Made by a program: the position numbers and the translations under genes. A DNA stretch of 64,000 nucleotides from Acidobacteriota bacterium (GTDB lineage: Bacteria; Acidobacteriota; UBA6911; RPQK01; JAJDTT01), in the NCBI GenBank assembly GCA_965217775.1, contig CBDCJH010000002.1:6048001-6112000 (forward strand), given 5' to 3'. The first letter of the stretch is position 1. Each line of letters begins with the position of its first letter. This document shows positions 20,070 to 30,327 of the stretch, piece by piece. The notes below the pieces were generated by a model, which did not search any database, was not told the origin of the DNA, and worked only from the letters and a program-made list of their open reading frames with translations.

Positions 20070-20852
20070 CTACCAAAGGGTGTAGCCTCCATCGATGACG
20101 ATGCTGGCGCCCGTCACGTAGCGGGAAGCGTCGCAGGCCAGATAGACGGCCAAGGGGCCCAGATCCTCGGGTTGCCCGAAGCCGCCCATGGGAATGTGGG
20201 CCATGAAGGTCTTGATCACCTGGGGGTGTTCCTTGGACCAGCGGATGTTGGGCTCGGTCATGAAGCCGCCGGGACAAATGGCGTTGGCCGTGATGCCGTG
20301 GGGCGCCCAGTCGGCGGCCACGGCCCGGGTGAAGTGGATCACGGCCGCCTTGGAGGTCTCGTAGTGACGGCCACCGATGTCGCGGGCCACGATCAGTCCG
20401 TTGATGGACGCGTTGTTGATGATGCGTCCCCCCTGGCCCCGGCTCACCATGGCCCCGCCGATGATCTTGGTGCACAGGAAGGTGCTGGTCAGATTCAGAT
20501 CGATGAGGCGTCGCCATTGCTCCAGGGTCATCTCCGTGGTGGGGATGTTCTCGCGGCGTCCTCCCACGTTGTTGATGAGGATGTCGATGGGGCCGTGATC
20601 CCTGAGAGCCGTCTCGCAGGCCCGTTCGCAATCCTCCATGTCGCCGATGTCGGCCTGGATCGGGAACGCCTCCCGTCCCAGGTTCCTCAGATCTCCTGCC
20701 GTCCGCTCCAGGGATGCGGCATCCCGCCCCACCAGAATCACATCGGCGCCGGCCTCGGCGATGGCCAAGGCCATCTCGCGCCCCAGCCCCCGGCTGCCGC
20801 CGGTGATGAACATCCTCTTTCCCGTCAATCGAAACCGGTCGAATACGCTCAT
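20070..20852 (-). CDS. SDR oxidoreductase
   Basis: TGGSRGLG, NNVG, YETSK. Confidence 0.92.
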   Translation of the reverse strand: MSVFDRFRLTGKRMFITGGSRGLGREMALAIAEAGADVILVGRDAASLERTAGDLRNLGREAFPIQADIGDMEDCERACETALRDHGPIDILINNVGGRRENIPTTEMTLEQWRRLIDLNLTSTFLCTKIIGGAMVSRGQGGRIINNASINGLIVARDIGGRHYETSKAAVIHFTRAVAADWAPHGITANAICPGGFMTEPNIRWSKEHPQVIKTFMAHIPMGGFGQPEDLGPLAVYLACDASRYVTGASIVIDGGYTLW

Positions 20853-20873
20853 TTCGCCATTCCCCGTCCGGAG

Positions 20874-20898
20874 TTCGGCGGTTGGAAACCGCCGCTCC
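20874..20898. repeat. REP-like palindrome TTCGGCGGTTGGAAACCGCCGCTCC
   Basis: Identical 25-mer at 63379-63403; variant near 61032. Confidence 0.75.
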
Positions 20899-20906
20899 CC
20901 TCTTTC

Positions 20907-21932
20907 CTATCCCCCGTGCGCATCTCGCCAGTCGAACACCATGTTCATCATGGTCTTGTCCCGGTGGTAGGCCATCTCGTAGGCCTCCACCATGCGAGTG
21001 TAGTGGAGCCGGTGGGTGACGAGGCGTTTGGGTTCCAGCAGCCCGTCGGCCATCAGCGTGAAGAGGTGAGCCCGGTGCCGCGTCTGTTGGACGTCGCCGT
21101 CGGCTCCGGGGAAGAGGTCGGGATCCTTGCCGGAGACGGCGATGAGTGAGATCCCCTTGATGTAGAAGAGCTGCATGGAGAGGGGGTTGAACTCCAGGTT
21201 TTCTTCTCCACGGCCCAACAGGCTGACGATGGAGACACGGCCGCCGTCCCGGACGATCTCCACGGCGGTTCGATAGGCGGGCCACGGGTTCGCCGTCAGG
21301 ATGACCAGATCGATGCCGCGGCCGCCGCTGAACTCGTCCAGCTTCGCGCCCAGATCCGGGTCGTCGCTGCTGAAGAGCCCGTGGGCCCCCATGCGCTGGG
21401 CCATCTCCAGGCGCAGGTCGCTGTTGCCGATGGCGGCAGTGCGCGCCCCGTAAAGAGGCCCGATGGCGACGGCGCCCAGGCCCAGCGTCCCCAGACCGAC
21501 TACGGCCACGGTTTCGCCCGGACGCAAGAGCCCCTTGTGATAGCAATGGGCGCTCAGGGAATAGAGATTTCCGAAGACGGCGTCCTCGGGGTGAACGCCG
21601 TCCGGGACCTTGACCAGGAAGCCCTCAGCCGGAGCGCAGATGTATTCCGACTGGTGATGCATCTGGGACAGGACCCGGTCTCCCACCTGAAACCCGGTGA
21701 CGTTGGAGCCGGTGCCCCGAATCTCGCCCAGGTTGCTGTCTCCAACCCAGCGGGGATACACGGGAGCTCCGGGGACGTCCTCGGCCCCTTCGTAATTGCC
21801 GCGGTCGGTCCCGATCTTGAACCCGGTCACGATGGTCCGGACCCAAACCTCGTCCGGCGCCAGATTCGAGGGGTCGAGCTCGTGGTCTTCGATCCGGAGG
21901 TCCCGGGGGCCGTGCAGGATGGCGATCTTCAT
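20907..21932 (-). CDS. Medium-chain (Zn-ADH-like) dehydrogenase
   Basis: GPRDLRIE, GLGTLG Rossmann motif, LVTHR. Confidence 0.85.
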   Translation of the reverse strand: MKIAILHGPRDLRIEDHELDPSNLAPDEVWVRTIVTGFKIGTDRGNYEGAEDVPGAPVYPRWVGDSNLGEIRGTGSNVTGFQVGDRVLSQMHHQSEYICAPAEGFLVKVPDGVHPEDAVFGNLYSLSAHCYHKGLLRPGETVAVVGLGTLGLGAVAIGPLYGARTAAIGNSDLRLEMAQRMGAHGLFSSDDPDLGAKLDEFSGGRGIDLVILTANPWPAYRTAVEIVRDGGRVSIVSLLGRGEENLEFNPLSMQLFYIKGISLIAVSGKDPDLFPGADGDVQQTRHRAHLFTLMADGLLEPKRLVTHRLHYTRMVEAYEMAYHRDKTMMNMVFDWRDAHGG

Positions 21933-22094
21933 CTGGACTTGCTCCTGGTTGGTCTGTGAGTCTCGGTGCGAATCGGGACTGTTACGTTACCAGCCCCTGG
22001 CGACTTTTGCCACGGTCCGAAAGGACGAAAAGGAGAGGCGGGATTTCATCTCACGACTACCATGCGAAGACGATCGGCATTATCCTGGAAGAAG

Positions 22095-22697
22095 ATGAAG
22101 GGGAAGCAGATTCGACGCAGAGACGCCCTCAAGACCATGGCTGTGGGTTCCTCCGGCCTGGTGCAACTGGCCGCGTCGGCGCCGGTTGCGGGATCCCTCC
22201 CGAAACTGGCCGCGGCGGCTGCTCAGGGTGCGGCCGAGACTTGGAAAACCCGCTTTCTGACGCCGGAACAGGCGGAGCTTTTGGCCACGCTGGCCGAGCT
22301 CATCATCCCGGAAACCGACACCCCGGGGGCCAGAAACGCCCGGGTCCATGAGCATATCGATCTGGTCTTGAGCCACGAGACCAAGGAGGTCCAGCAGGAA
22401 TTTCGGAAGGGACTCGCGGAAGTCGATCGGCTCAGCCGCAACCGGCACCAAGAAGCGTTTGTCCGGCTTTCCCCGCAGGATCAAGAGGCGCTCCTGGGCC
22501 GGCTTGCGGATCCGGAAGCGGATCCCCCTGGGGGAGTCGTGGGCCAGCGCTTCTTCCGGGACCTGCGCCGGAGAACCGTGTTTGCCTACTACACATCCCG
22601 GGAGGGGATCCACCAGGAATTGAAGTACCAGGGAAAGCAGGTGTTGGCGGAATGGGAGGGTTGTCCCCATCCCGGCCATCACGGGGACGAGGCGTAG
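22095..22697 (+). CDS. Gluconate 2-dehydrogenase subunit 3 family (Tat)
   Basis: RRDALK, IIPETDTPGA, AYYTSREG. Confidence 0.88.
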   Translation: MKGKQIRRRDALKTMAVGSSGLVQLAASAPVAGSLPKLAAAAAQGAAETWKTRFLTPEQAELLATLAELIIPETDTPGARNARVHEHIDLVLSHETKEVQQEFRKGLAEVDRLSRNRHQEAFVRLSPQDQEALLGRLADPEADPPGGVVGQRFFRDLRRRTVFAYYTSREGIHQELKYQGKQVLAEWEGCPHPGHHGDEA

Positions 22698-22721
22698 CCC
22701 GTCCGCTCGCGAGGTTTTGCA

Positions 22722-24407
22722 ATGGCCCAACATGAATACGACGTCCTGGTCGTGGGCAGTGGAGCCGCCGGAGGCATGGCGGCCAAGGTCCTGACGGAGC
22801 ACGGGTTGGAGGTGCTGGTGCTGGAGGCCGGTCCTCCCATCAAGAACACTGACTTCCTGACCCACGCCATGCCCTACGATTTCCGTTTTCGGGGACGGGG
22901 CAATCCCGAAGTCATCCGGAAGGACGGCTGGCTGGCGGCAAGGGAGCAGACTCCATTCTCAGGCTACTACACCAAGGAGAGCGAGCATCCCTATACGAAT
23001 GCTCCGACGAGTGGTCCGCAAAAGCCCTACAAATGGACGGGCCGTTCCCGGATTCTGGGGGGACGGACCCTGCACTGGGGCCGGCAGTCCTTCCGCCTGG
23101 GCGAGTTCGACTTCAAGGCGGCGAGCATCGACGGCTACGGGGTGGACTGGCCCTTCACCTACGCCGACCTGGCGCCCTATTACGACAGGGTCGAGGACTA
23201 CGTGGGGATCCAGGGGTTCAAGGAAGGCCTTTCCCAGATTCCCGACGGCCGATTCCTGCCTCCCTTCGCCTACAACTGCTTCGAGCGTCTGATGCGCAAG
23301 GCGGCGGCCCGGAAGGGTTGGCGCCTGACAGCGCTCAGAACGGCCCAATTGAGCCGTTACCACCGGGGACGGCCGCCGTGTCACTATTGTGGCAGCTGCG
23401 GCTCCGGGTGCGACGTGGGAGCCTTTTTCTCCAGCATCGCCGTCACCCTCCCCGACGCCGCCAAGACGGGAAAGCTGACCCTGCTGACCGACGCCGTCGT
23501 CCGGGAGGTGGTGGTGGACAAGGAGGGCCGGGTCCGGGGCGTCTCCTATATCGACCGGAAGAGCAAAGTGGAGCGGAAGGTTCACGCCCAAGTGGTGGTG
23601 CTGGCCGCCGGCACGCTGGAATCGACCCGCATCCTGCTCAATTCGGTTTCCCGTTTCCACCCTCGGGGCATGGCCAACGGCAGCGGCGTCCTGGGCCATT
23701 ACCTGACCGATCACTTCACTGCCGGTCAGGTGATCGGAGTCCTGCCCGAACTGGTGGGATCGAAAATCCGCAACGACGACGGCAAAGCCAACGGCTCCTA
23801 CATTCCCAGGTACAGCAATCTGGGAAGCCGCCATCCCAAGTTCATTCGCGGCTACGGGATCATGGTCAAAGGGGGCAGCGGCGTCTTCCCGGGGCACGCC
23901 GACCTGATCGGAGGCTTCGGCGCCGGTTACAAGAAACGGATCAAGGAATTGCACCCGGCGGTGGTCCGGGTCTACGCCCGGGGGGAGCCGCTGCAGATCT
24001 TCGACAGCTACGTGGAGATCGACACGGACGTGGTGGACGCGTGGGGAATCCCGGTCCTGAAGTTCCATTACAAGAGGACCGACAACGACTACGACATGCT
24101 GGAGGACGCCTTTCAGAATCTACAGGAGCTCATGCATGAGGCGGGAGCAGAGATCCTCCGCGAGGACAAGTCCCTGAGCGCTCCCGGGCGGATCATCCAC
24201 GAAATGGGCACCACCAGAATGGGCGACAATCCGCGAACCAGCGTCCTGAACCAGTTCTGCCAGGCCCACGAGATTTCGAACCTTTTCGTCATGGACGGCG
24301 GCTGCTGGCCCAGCTCCGCCTGCCAGAACCCGACCGAAACCATTCTGGCGATCGCCTGGCGGTCCAGCGACTATCTGGCCGAGCAGTTCCGGAGGGGTGA
24401 GTTCTGA
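22722..24407 (+). CDS. GMC family oxidoreductase
   Basis: VVGSGAAGG, LGGRT..WG, HEMGTTRMG, QNPTET. Confidence 0.93.
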   Translation: MAQHEYDVLVVGSGAAGGMAAKVLTEHGLEVLVLEAGPPIKNTDFLTHAMPYDFRFRGRGNPEVIRKDGWLAAREQTPFSGYYTKESEHPYTNAPTSGPQKPYKWTGRSRILGGRTLHWGRQSFRLGEFDFKAASIDGYGVDWPFTYADLAPYYDRVEDYVGIQGFKEGLSQIPDGRFLPPFAYNCFERLMRKAAARKGWRLTALRTAQLSRYHRGRPPCHYCGSCGSGCDVGAFFSSIAVTLPDAAKTGKLTLLTDAVVREVVVDKEGRVRGVSYIDRKSKVERKVHAQVVVLAAGTLESTRILLNSVSRFHPRGMANGSGVLGHYLTDHFTAGQVIGVLPELVGSKIRNDDGKANGSYIPRYSNLGSRHPKFIRGYGIMVKGGSGVFPGHADLIGGFGAGYKKRIKELHPAVVRVYARGEPLQIFDSYVEIDTDVVDAWGIPVLKFHYKRTDNDYDMLEDAFQNLQELMHEAGAEILREDKSLSAPGRIIHEMGTTRMGDNPRTSVLNQFCQAHEISNLFVMDGGCWPSSACQNPTETILAIAWRSSDYLAEQFRRGEF

Positions 24408-24480
24408 ATCCCGGCGGTTATCCTGCCGCGGTCCGTCAGTTCACCATCCCGTGGCTGTCGTCCGGACCCGCATCCGGCGG

Positions 24481-24966
24481 ATGATGCCTCGTGATGGGGA
24501 TCGTCAGTGCGACTTTCGCTCCGGCGGCGGGAGAAGCGATCTTCAGACTCCCTCTTTCTCCGTAACAGAGGCGGAGGCGGCGCCGTACGTTTCTCAGGCC
24601 GTGGGCGCCGTTTGGTGGACCCGACGGCGGGAGACCCGGCCCGGTGCCAAGCTGGTGGCTCGCCGCGGGTTGGACTACTACCTGTTGGACCTGGACGACG
24701 TGTACGCGCTGCAGGCCGACGGAGAAATCGTCCGGATTCTCACCGCACGAAGGAAATACCGGGCCGTGCACAGTCTGGGCCGTCTCGAGGAGCGCCTTCG
24801 GGGCACCCAGTTTCAACGGGTTCACAGGAGCGTGCTGGTGAACACGAATCGGATCCGCAGGCTGAGTACTCTGAGCAGCCGCCGGTGGCTGCTGACGCTG
24901 ACCAACGGTCTCGAATTCATCGTCAGCAAGCGCCGGGCGCCGCTGGTGAGGAATCTGCTTTTGTAG
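24481..24966 (+). CDS. LytTR DNA-binding domain protein without a receiver domain
   Basis: FQRVHRSVLVN, IVSKRRA; start uncertain. Confidence 0.75.
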   Translation: MMPRDGDRQCDFRSGGGRSDLQTPSFSVTEAEAAPYVSQAVGAVWWTRRRETRPGAKLVARRGLDYYLLDLDDVYALQADGEIVRILTARRKYRAVHSLGRLEERLRGTQFQRVHRSVLVNTNRIRRLSTLSSRRWLLTLTNGLEFIVSKRRAPLVRNLLL

Positions 24967-24984
24967 CGATGAGTGGGATGTAGA

Positions 24985-25042
24985 GGGGGGACTACGGTCC
25001 CCCCTGACCCCCCCTATTCGGCGACAAGAAAGTCGCCGCTCC
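24985..25042. repeat. Composite REP-like element
   Basis: ggggactacggtcccc + ggcgacaagaaagtcgccgctcc; similar unit at 40527-40581. Confidence 0.7.
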
Positions 25043-27605
25043 GCCGGAAGTGCCAGTTTTCGGTGTTGCCGGGCTGGGGATAGTTGGACTCGGATGCCCT
25101 CCCGTCCCGGGAGTGGATGAAGACCCGGATCTCCCTATCTCCAGGATCGGGGAATTCGAGGAGGGAGAATTCGTACAGGTAGCCGCTGTTGTCGATCTCG
25201 GAGCTGCCGTACGTCTTGACGACGTCGCTCCGGTATCGGCCGGTCCGCCCCGCGTACAGGAATTCTCCGTCCCGAAACAACACGATGGCTTGAGGCAGGA
25301 CGAGGTTCTCCACGTCGGCGCCCCAGCCGCCGATGAAGATCCGACTCCGGTCCGGACTCAGACGGGAGACGACCCATCCGGTGACGCCCGGGTCGCCGAT
25401 CGGGATCTTCTTTCCTGCCGGCGTCACCAGGAGAGTTGCCTCTCCCACCGAATCCAACCGGTAGGTAGAGGGAGCGGGTACTTCCACGGGCAAGAGTGCG
25501 AGGCCTGATCCGGTCCTGCGCGTTTCGTAGATTCGGATCTGGTTGCTGCCGTCCCGATAGGCTGTCTCCGGGACGACGGCGGAAAAGATGGTTTCTCCGC
25601 CCAGTTGTGAGGTGCGGGTCACGGCGCCGACGGTGCCGTTGACGCCGATGGCCAAAGTCCGGCCGATCCGGGAGTCCTGGCTGTCGTGGACCCGACCCGA
25701 GATTCGTGACAACAAGAAGGACGAGCCGAGCTCGACCTGCCGGAACAGGTGGCTTCCGTCGATCTCCACCGTCAGGTCCGATTTCCCTTGGGCCAACGCG
25801 TCCGTTCGCTCGCCCACCAGTTCGGCGTCGGGTCCGATCCGATAGAGATCCTGCTCGGAGAGTTCACCGTTCGCGGCGCCGAAGAGTGCCAGCTTGCGGT
25901 CCAGGCTCGACCAGCGTGACTCCAGGCGGGGATCGAACGAGAACTTCTCGCCATCGTCGTTGTAGACGATCTTCTCGGGCCGTTCCCGTGCCTCGGCGGC
26001 CAGGGCAGACCGGCCATCCAGCGGCCACTCCGTGTCGATTCCCAGCATCTCCACCAGGGTCGGAAGGATGTCCATGCTCTCCACGTTGCGGTCGCTGAGG
26101 ACTCCCTCCTGCTGCCCCGGCGCCTTGACGATCAGCGGGACGGAAATGATGTCCATGTAGTTGGTGCCGGTCAACAGGCGGCGCGAGTCGCCGGCACGAA
26201 AGCTGGCTCCGTGGTCCGCGGTGAGGACCAGAAGCGTCGAGTCATAGAGGTTCTGCTCACGGAGCCGCTGGACCAGTTCTCCGACCAGACGATCCAGGAA
26301 CATCACCTGCAGGAGGTGGCGCTGATAGGCCTGGGCCACCAGCCACGGATCGTCCAGCCATTGATTCACGTCGAGACCCCGGTTGTTGGGCCCCACCACC
26401 CCGGCCACTCCCGGCCGCTCCGAGAGCGTGTACAACTTGCCCGAAGGAAGGTATATCCAGCTTGCATGGGGAAGCATGGAGTGCAGGAAATAGAGGGTCG
26501 GCGGTCCGTCCCCCCGAATCGAATCGACGAAGTCTCGAAAGCGGTCGGCCCGTCTCGACCAGTCGACGCGGAAGTCCTTCCAGGCGCGCCGGATCGGACC
26601 GGGGGCGCCCGGGTTCAGGAACTGGTTCCAGGTCTGGGTCACCGGAGGAAGCCAGCGCGAGGCCCAGGTCGCCGGCAGCAGGAGGTGGAGATAGGCGACC
26701 GACAGATCCTCCACCAGCAGCCGGAAGCGGGGACCGAAGGGTGCCGGCGTTCTTCGAGGATTCAACCCGGTCACGTTTTCCCGAATCCGCAGATCGTGGG
26801 AACCGGAAAGGAGGGAGAACAGGTTCCTGGGATATTCGCGAAACAGAGGCAGGGGAAACGGACGCTGCCGGGGCAGGGTTCCCGACAGGATCACCGGAAT
26901 CGACAACAGGGTGCTCTCGTTGTTGGTGGTGGCGTTCCGGAACCAGTAGGAGTTTCCCGCCAGCTCGGCCAGGTTGGGAAAGAGGTTCGAGTCGATCTCC
27001 CGGCGCCCGTCGAGCAGGGAGATGAGGGGGAACTCGTCGAAGATCACCATCACGACGGGCGCCTTGGCGCCGGACACGATCCCCACTTCGGAGTCCGGTT
27101 CGGGAAGGATCAGCTTCCGGATCTCCGAATCCAGGAGAAACAGAAGCGGGAACAGGACGACCGCCGGAATCAGATAGGACAGATAGGTCCGGATCACCGA
27201 GAATCGGCAATACGCGAACACGAAGACCGCCCCGGAGAGCAGGGAAAGGATCAGCGCCACTGCCTCGGGCGCCGGTAGTCTCTTGAGCCCCTGGAGGACG
27301 AGTCCGGTGGTCAGGAGACCCAGAAGGGCCAGGTAGGTCCCGGGGCCCAACTGCGGATGGACTCTGGCCAGACTCCGGACCACCATCGCCGCCGCTCCCG
27401 GCAACAGAAGGGACAGCATCAGAGTCAGCAGGAGAATGTCCACCCGCTCGCTCTGGTGGGCCGGCAGGAACTCGGGATGCCGGGTCAGGAGATCGTAGAT
27501 GGGCTGCGCCGTCGTGAACGCCGACAGGACCAGCAGGTGGATGAACCGGATTCGGATCCCAGTGGCTGGTTTGCTTCGATCCGGGTCATTCATCTGTAGT
27601 GGCAC
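25014..27605 (-). CDS. Membrane-anchored sulfatase-like hydrolase/transferase
   Basis: N-terminal TM helices; VIFDE, LPHASW, TADHG, DILPTL. Confidence 0.8.
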   Translation of the reverse strand: MPLQMNDPDRSKPATGIRIRFIHLLVLSAFTTAQPIYDLLTRHPEFLPAHQSERVDILLLTLMLSLLLPGAAAMVVRSLARVHPQLGPGTYLALLGLLTTGLVLQGLKRLPAPEAVALILSLLSGAVFVFAYCRFSVIRTYLSYLIPAVVLFPLLFLLDSEIRKLILPEPDSEVGIVSGAKAPVVMVIFDEFPLISLLDGRREIDSNLFPNLAELAGNSYWFRNATTNNESTLLSIPVILSGTLPRQRPFPLPLFREYPRNLFSLLSGSHDLRIRENVTGLNPRRTPAPFGPRFRLLVEDLSVAYLHLLLPATWASRWLPPVTQTWNQFLNPGAPGPIRRAWKDFRVDWSRRADRFRDFVDSIRGDGPPTLYFLHSMLPHASWIYLPSGKLYTLSERPGVAGVVGPNNRGLDVNQWLDDPWLVAQAYQRHLLQVMFLDRLVGELVQRLREQNLYDSTLLVLTADHGASFRAGDSRRLLTGTNYMDIISVPLIVKAPGQQEGVLSDRNVESMDILPTLVEMLGIDTEWPLDGRSALAAEARERPEKIVYNDDGEKFSFDPRLESRWSSLDRKLALFGAANGELSEQDLYRIGPDAELVGERTDALAQGKSDLTVEIDGSHLFRQVELGSSFLLSRISGRVHDSQDSRIGRTLAIGVNGTVGAVTRTSQLGGETIFSAVVPETAYRDGSNQIRIYETRRTGSGLALLPVEVPAPSTYRLDSVGEATLLVTPAGKKIPIGDPGVTGWVVSRLSPDRSRIFIGGWGADVENLVLPQAIVLFRDGEFLYAGRTGRYRSDVVKTYGSSEIDNSGYLYEFSLLEFPDPGDREIRVFIHSRDGRASESNYPQPGNTENWHFRRSGDFLVAE

Positions 27606-27818
27606 CCATCGGGACTCCTACGACTTCTCTCAGGGTGACGACATTCCAACAAATGGGGAGGAAAGAGAAAAGAGGAAAGAGAAAAGTAGAGAAGAGAAGC
27701 ATCCCGATTCGTTGTCGGGGTCACTTCTACTTCTTTATTTTCGCTTCCGGCGTGCTATGTTTTTTCCGGTCGGCCCGGAGCTTGGAGTTGAGCGGTTTGG
27801 GCCGGCTTGGCGAGTCTC

Positions 27819-28667
27819 ATGGATCATCTGGTTCGTCCCCTTTCACCGGCCGCCGTCGTATTGGATCTGGGAGCGGGACCGGGGAGTTTTTCCTATGCCG
27901 GGACCGAGGCTCGGGTCTTGGCGCTGGACGTGGATTTTCCCGACGCCGCGCAAGGCGCTTGGGCCCGGGTTCTGGGAGATTCGGGTGCGATTCCCCTCGG
28001 GGAGGAGACCGTCGACGTGGTGGTCTGCAACCATACGCTGGAGCATTTTCCGGACTGCCGGGAGGCCATTCGGGAAATCGATCGCGTGCTCCGGCCGGGG
28101 GGCTCTCTCTGGGTTGCGGTTCCCGACAGCGGTTGTCTGGACGATCGGCTGTATCGCTATCTCTTTCTCGGAGGCGGTCACGTCAACCTCTTTTCTCTCG
28201 CCAGCCTGGTGGAGGCGATCGAGACCGGCACCCGCCTTCGGACCCGTTCCTGCAAGAAACTCTACACCGGGTTCGTCTATCTGAATCCTCCCGATCCCGG
28301 GAAAGTCCAGTACTATCCCCAACGGGCTCAGTGGCTGGCGCGAATCCCTGCCCGAATGCTGAGGATTCTGCTCTGCTGGATGAACTATGCGGTTCGGGTA
28401 TTGGATCGTCTCTTGCCGACCCGTCTGAGCCAGTACGGCTGGGGACTGGTGGCCCGGCGGGAAGACAACTCCTCCAGGCCGGTGACGGATCTCGCCCGCC
28501 TGCGAATGGAAGCCGGCGACGCCAATGTCTGCTTTGCCTGTGGAGCCGGGCATGTGGAGGCGACGCTCAAACCCTTCCGCGTCCTCTTCCGTACCTTTTA
28601 CAAGTGTCCCAACTGTGGGACTCGCAACCCCATGTCTCCCCTGAGGGAGTCTTCAGGATCGGTTTGA
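27819..28667 (+). CDS. Class I SAM-dependent methyltransferase
   Basis: VLDLGAGPG, LEHFPD, RVLRPGG; C-terminal CxxC..CxxC. Confidence 0.85.
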   Translation: MDHLVRPLSPAAVVLDLGAGPGSFSYAGTEARVLALDVDFPDAAQGAWARVLGDSGAIPLGEETVDVVVCNHTLEHFPDCREAIREIDRVLRPGGSLWVAVPDSGCLDDRLYRYLFLGGGHVNLFSLASLVEAIETGTRLRTRSCKKLYTGFVYLNPPDPGKVQYYPQRAQWLARIPARMLRILLCWMNYAVRVLDRLLPTRLSQYGWGLVARREDNSSRPVTDLARLRMEAGDANVCFACGAGHVEATLKPFRVLFRTFYKCPNCGTRNPMSPLRESSGSV

Positions 28668-30278
28668 ATGGGCCCGTCTCCCAAGCCTTCAGGTGAAACC
28701 GGTTCCCCTTTCGGGAAGAGCCTCCGCTACTACGCTCTCCGGATTCTTCTGGCCGTGGGGGTCTCGGCCCTCTGTCTGGCGCTGGCCACACCCCTGGCGA
28801 TGAAGTTCCTGCGGCCGGCCCTGCTCCACTACCTGCTCGACAACCTCTCCGACGCCCGGCGATTGGAGCTCTACGAGTCCCTGGTCTCCAGGTCGGGCCA
28901 GTTCTACGACGCCGTGCCCGAACCCGGGGTGGGGCGCCTGGGGAAGAGAGGAGTCGCGACTCGGTACCGGGGCGCCGAGGTCCGGATCAACAACGCCGGC
29001 ATGCGGAGTTCCTCCGACTATCGGGCCAAGCCGAAGGGGGTCTTTCGGATCGTGTGTCTGGGAGACTCCTACGTGTTCGGGACCGGCGGACCGGAGCAGG
29101 ACCGGTTCTGCGATCAGTTGGAGGAGTTTTACCGAAGCAGCGATATCCGCGCCGGCGGCAAGGCCATCGAGACCTATGCCCTGGGGTTGGACAGCTGGAC
29201 CCTGTCCCAGGAAGCGACCTATCTCTCCAACCGGACCTCCGCCTACGATCCGGACGTCATCCTGCAACTGAGCGTCTCCAACGACATTACGCCCTTGGCC
29301 GGCGTCAACGGCTTGGGCATGGCTACCTACGAGTTCAGTCCGGAAGCACGGCATTTGGGATCCGGACTCTTCTCGAATCAGGCGGCGCGGTATTTCGGCG
29401 AGCGGAACTTCAGCGCCCTGGCCTGGAGCCTCTCTCCCCAGAGTCGGCAGGAGTGGGATCGTGCGTTTTCGGCCCTGGGCCGCCTGGTAGAACTCCAGCA
29501 GGGGAGGGGAGGCAAGATTTTGCTCTCGGTCTTGGACTACCCTTTCTCCGGCCAATTCTTCAGCGAGCTCTACACGTGGCATTTTCACCAGTCAAAGCTC
29601 CAGGTCCCCTTTCTGGCGACCTCGTTCCTGCCTTCGTTCGAGACGCAGCTTCCGCATGACGCACACCCCAACCGGCTGGGGAACAGCTACTTGGCGGCCC
29701 ACTATATTCATGCCCTGAACCGGCTCGGATGGATTCCGGTTCCCGACTCGGATCTCCCGCACCTGCCGGAAGATCTCACGCTGGAGTTCAATCCCGAACC
29801 CGATCCTGAAAGATTGAAGCGGGACCGGGAGGAATTCGTCACCGATCACCTGCGGACCAGTCTGGACTTCGGCCGTCTGACCCGCGAGGAAACCCGGGCG
29901 TTTCTGGGAGGAATATTTCCGGAACAGGGGGGAGAGAAGGCGCTTCAGGGCTATCCCTGGGCGTCGATAAGAAGCGGTTTCCTCATGAGTCGTCTGGAGG
30001 GCGGACGCGAGCGCCGGGTGGCGCTGGAGATCCGTATTCCTCCCCTGCCGGAACTCTTTCCCTTCCACCTGTCGGTGCAGATGGAAGGCATGGAAATCGC
30101 CCGTCTTGCTCTGGAGAAACCGGAACCGTCGGACCTCTACCGGTTGGTGGGGGATCTTCCCGGACTGGATCGCCGCGACCTGGCCAGGGAGATCGTCCTC
30201 ATCGCCTCGTCTTACTTCGCCGGTATCGGCAACCCGAGAATGAAGTCGTTCCGGCTGATTTCAGCGAAGCTGGAGTAG
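28668..30278 (+). CDS. SGNH/GDSL hydrolase-like protein
   Basis: LGDSYVFG, SND, DAHPN. Confidence 0.75.
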   Translation: MGPSPKPSGETGSPFGKSLRYYALRILLAVGVSALCLALATPLAMKFLRPALLHYLLDNLSDARRLELYESLVSRSGQFYDAVPEPGVGRLGKRGVATRYRGAEVRINNAGMRSSSDYRAKPKGVFRIVCLGDSYVFGTGGPEQDRFCDQLEEFYRSSDIRAGGKAIETYALGLDSWTLSQEATYLSNRTSAYDPDVILQLSVSNDITPLAGVNGLGMATYEFSPEARHLGSGLFSNQAARYFGERNFSALAWSLSPQSRQEWDRAFSALGRLVELQQGRGGKILLSVLDYPFSGQFFSELYTWHFHQSKLQVPFLATSFLPSFETQLPHDAHPNRLGNSYLAAHYIHALNRLGWIPVPDSDLPHLPEDLTLEFNPEPDPERLKRDREEFVTDHLRTSLDFGRLTREETRAFLGGIFPEQGGEKALQGYPWASIRSGFLMSRLEGGRERRVALEIRIPPLPELFPFHLSVQMEGMEIARLALEKPEPSDLYRLVGDLPGLDRRDLAREIVLIASSYFAGIGNPRMKSFRLISAKLE

Positions 30279-30327
30279 GCGCGCCGAAACCGGATGGCGT
30301 TTCGAGGCGACGACTTCAACGGTCGGA

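Noticed and set aside
27654-27745. Purine-rich tract followed by a pyrimidine-rich tract between divergent genes
   Set aside because: Low complexity; no convincing perfect stem or function.
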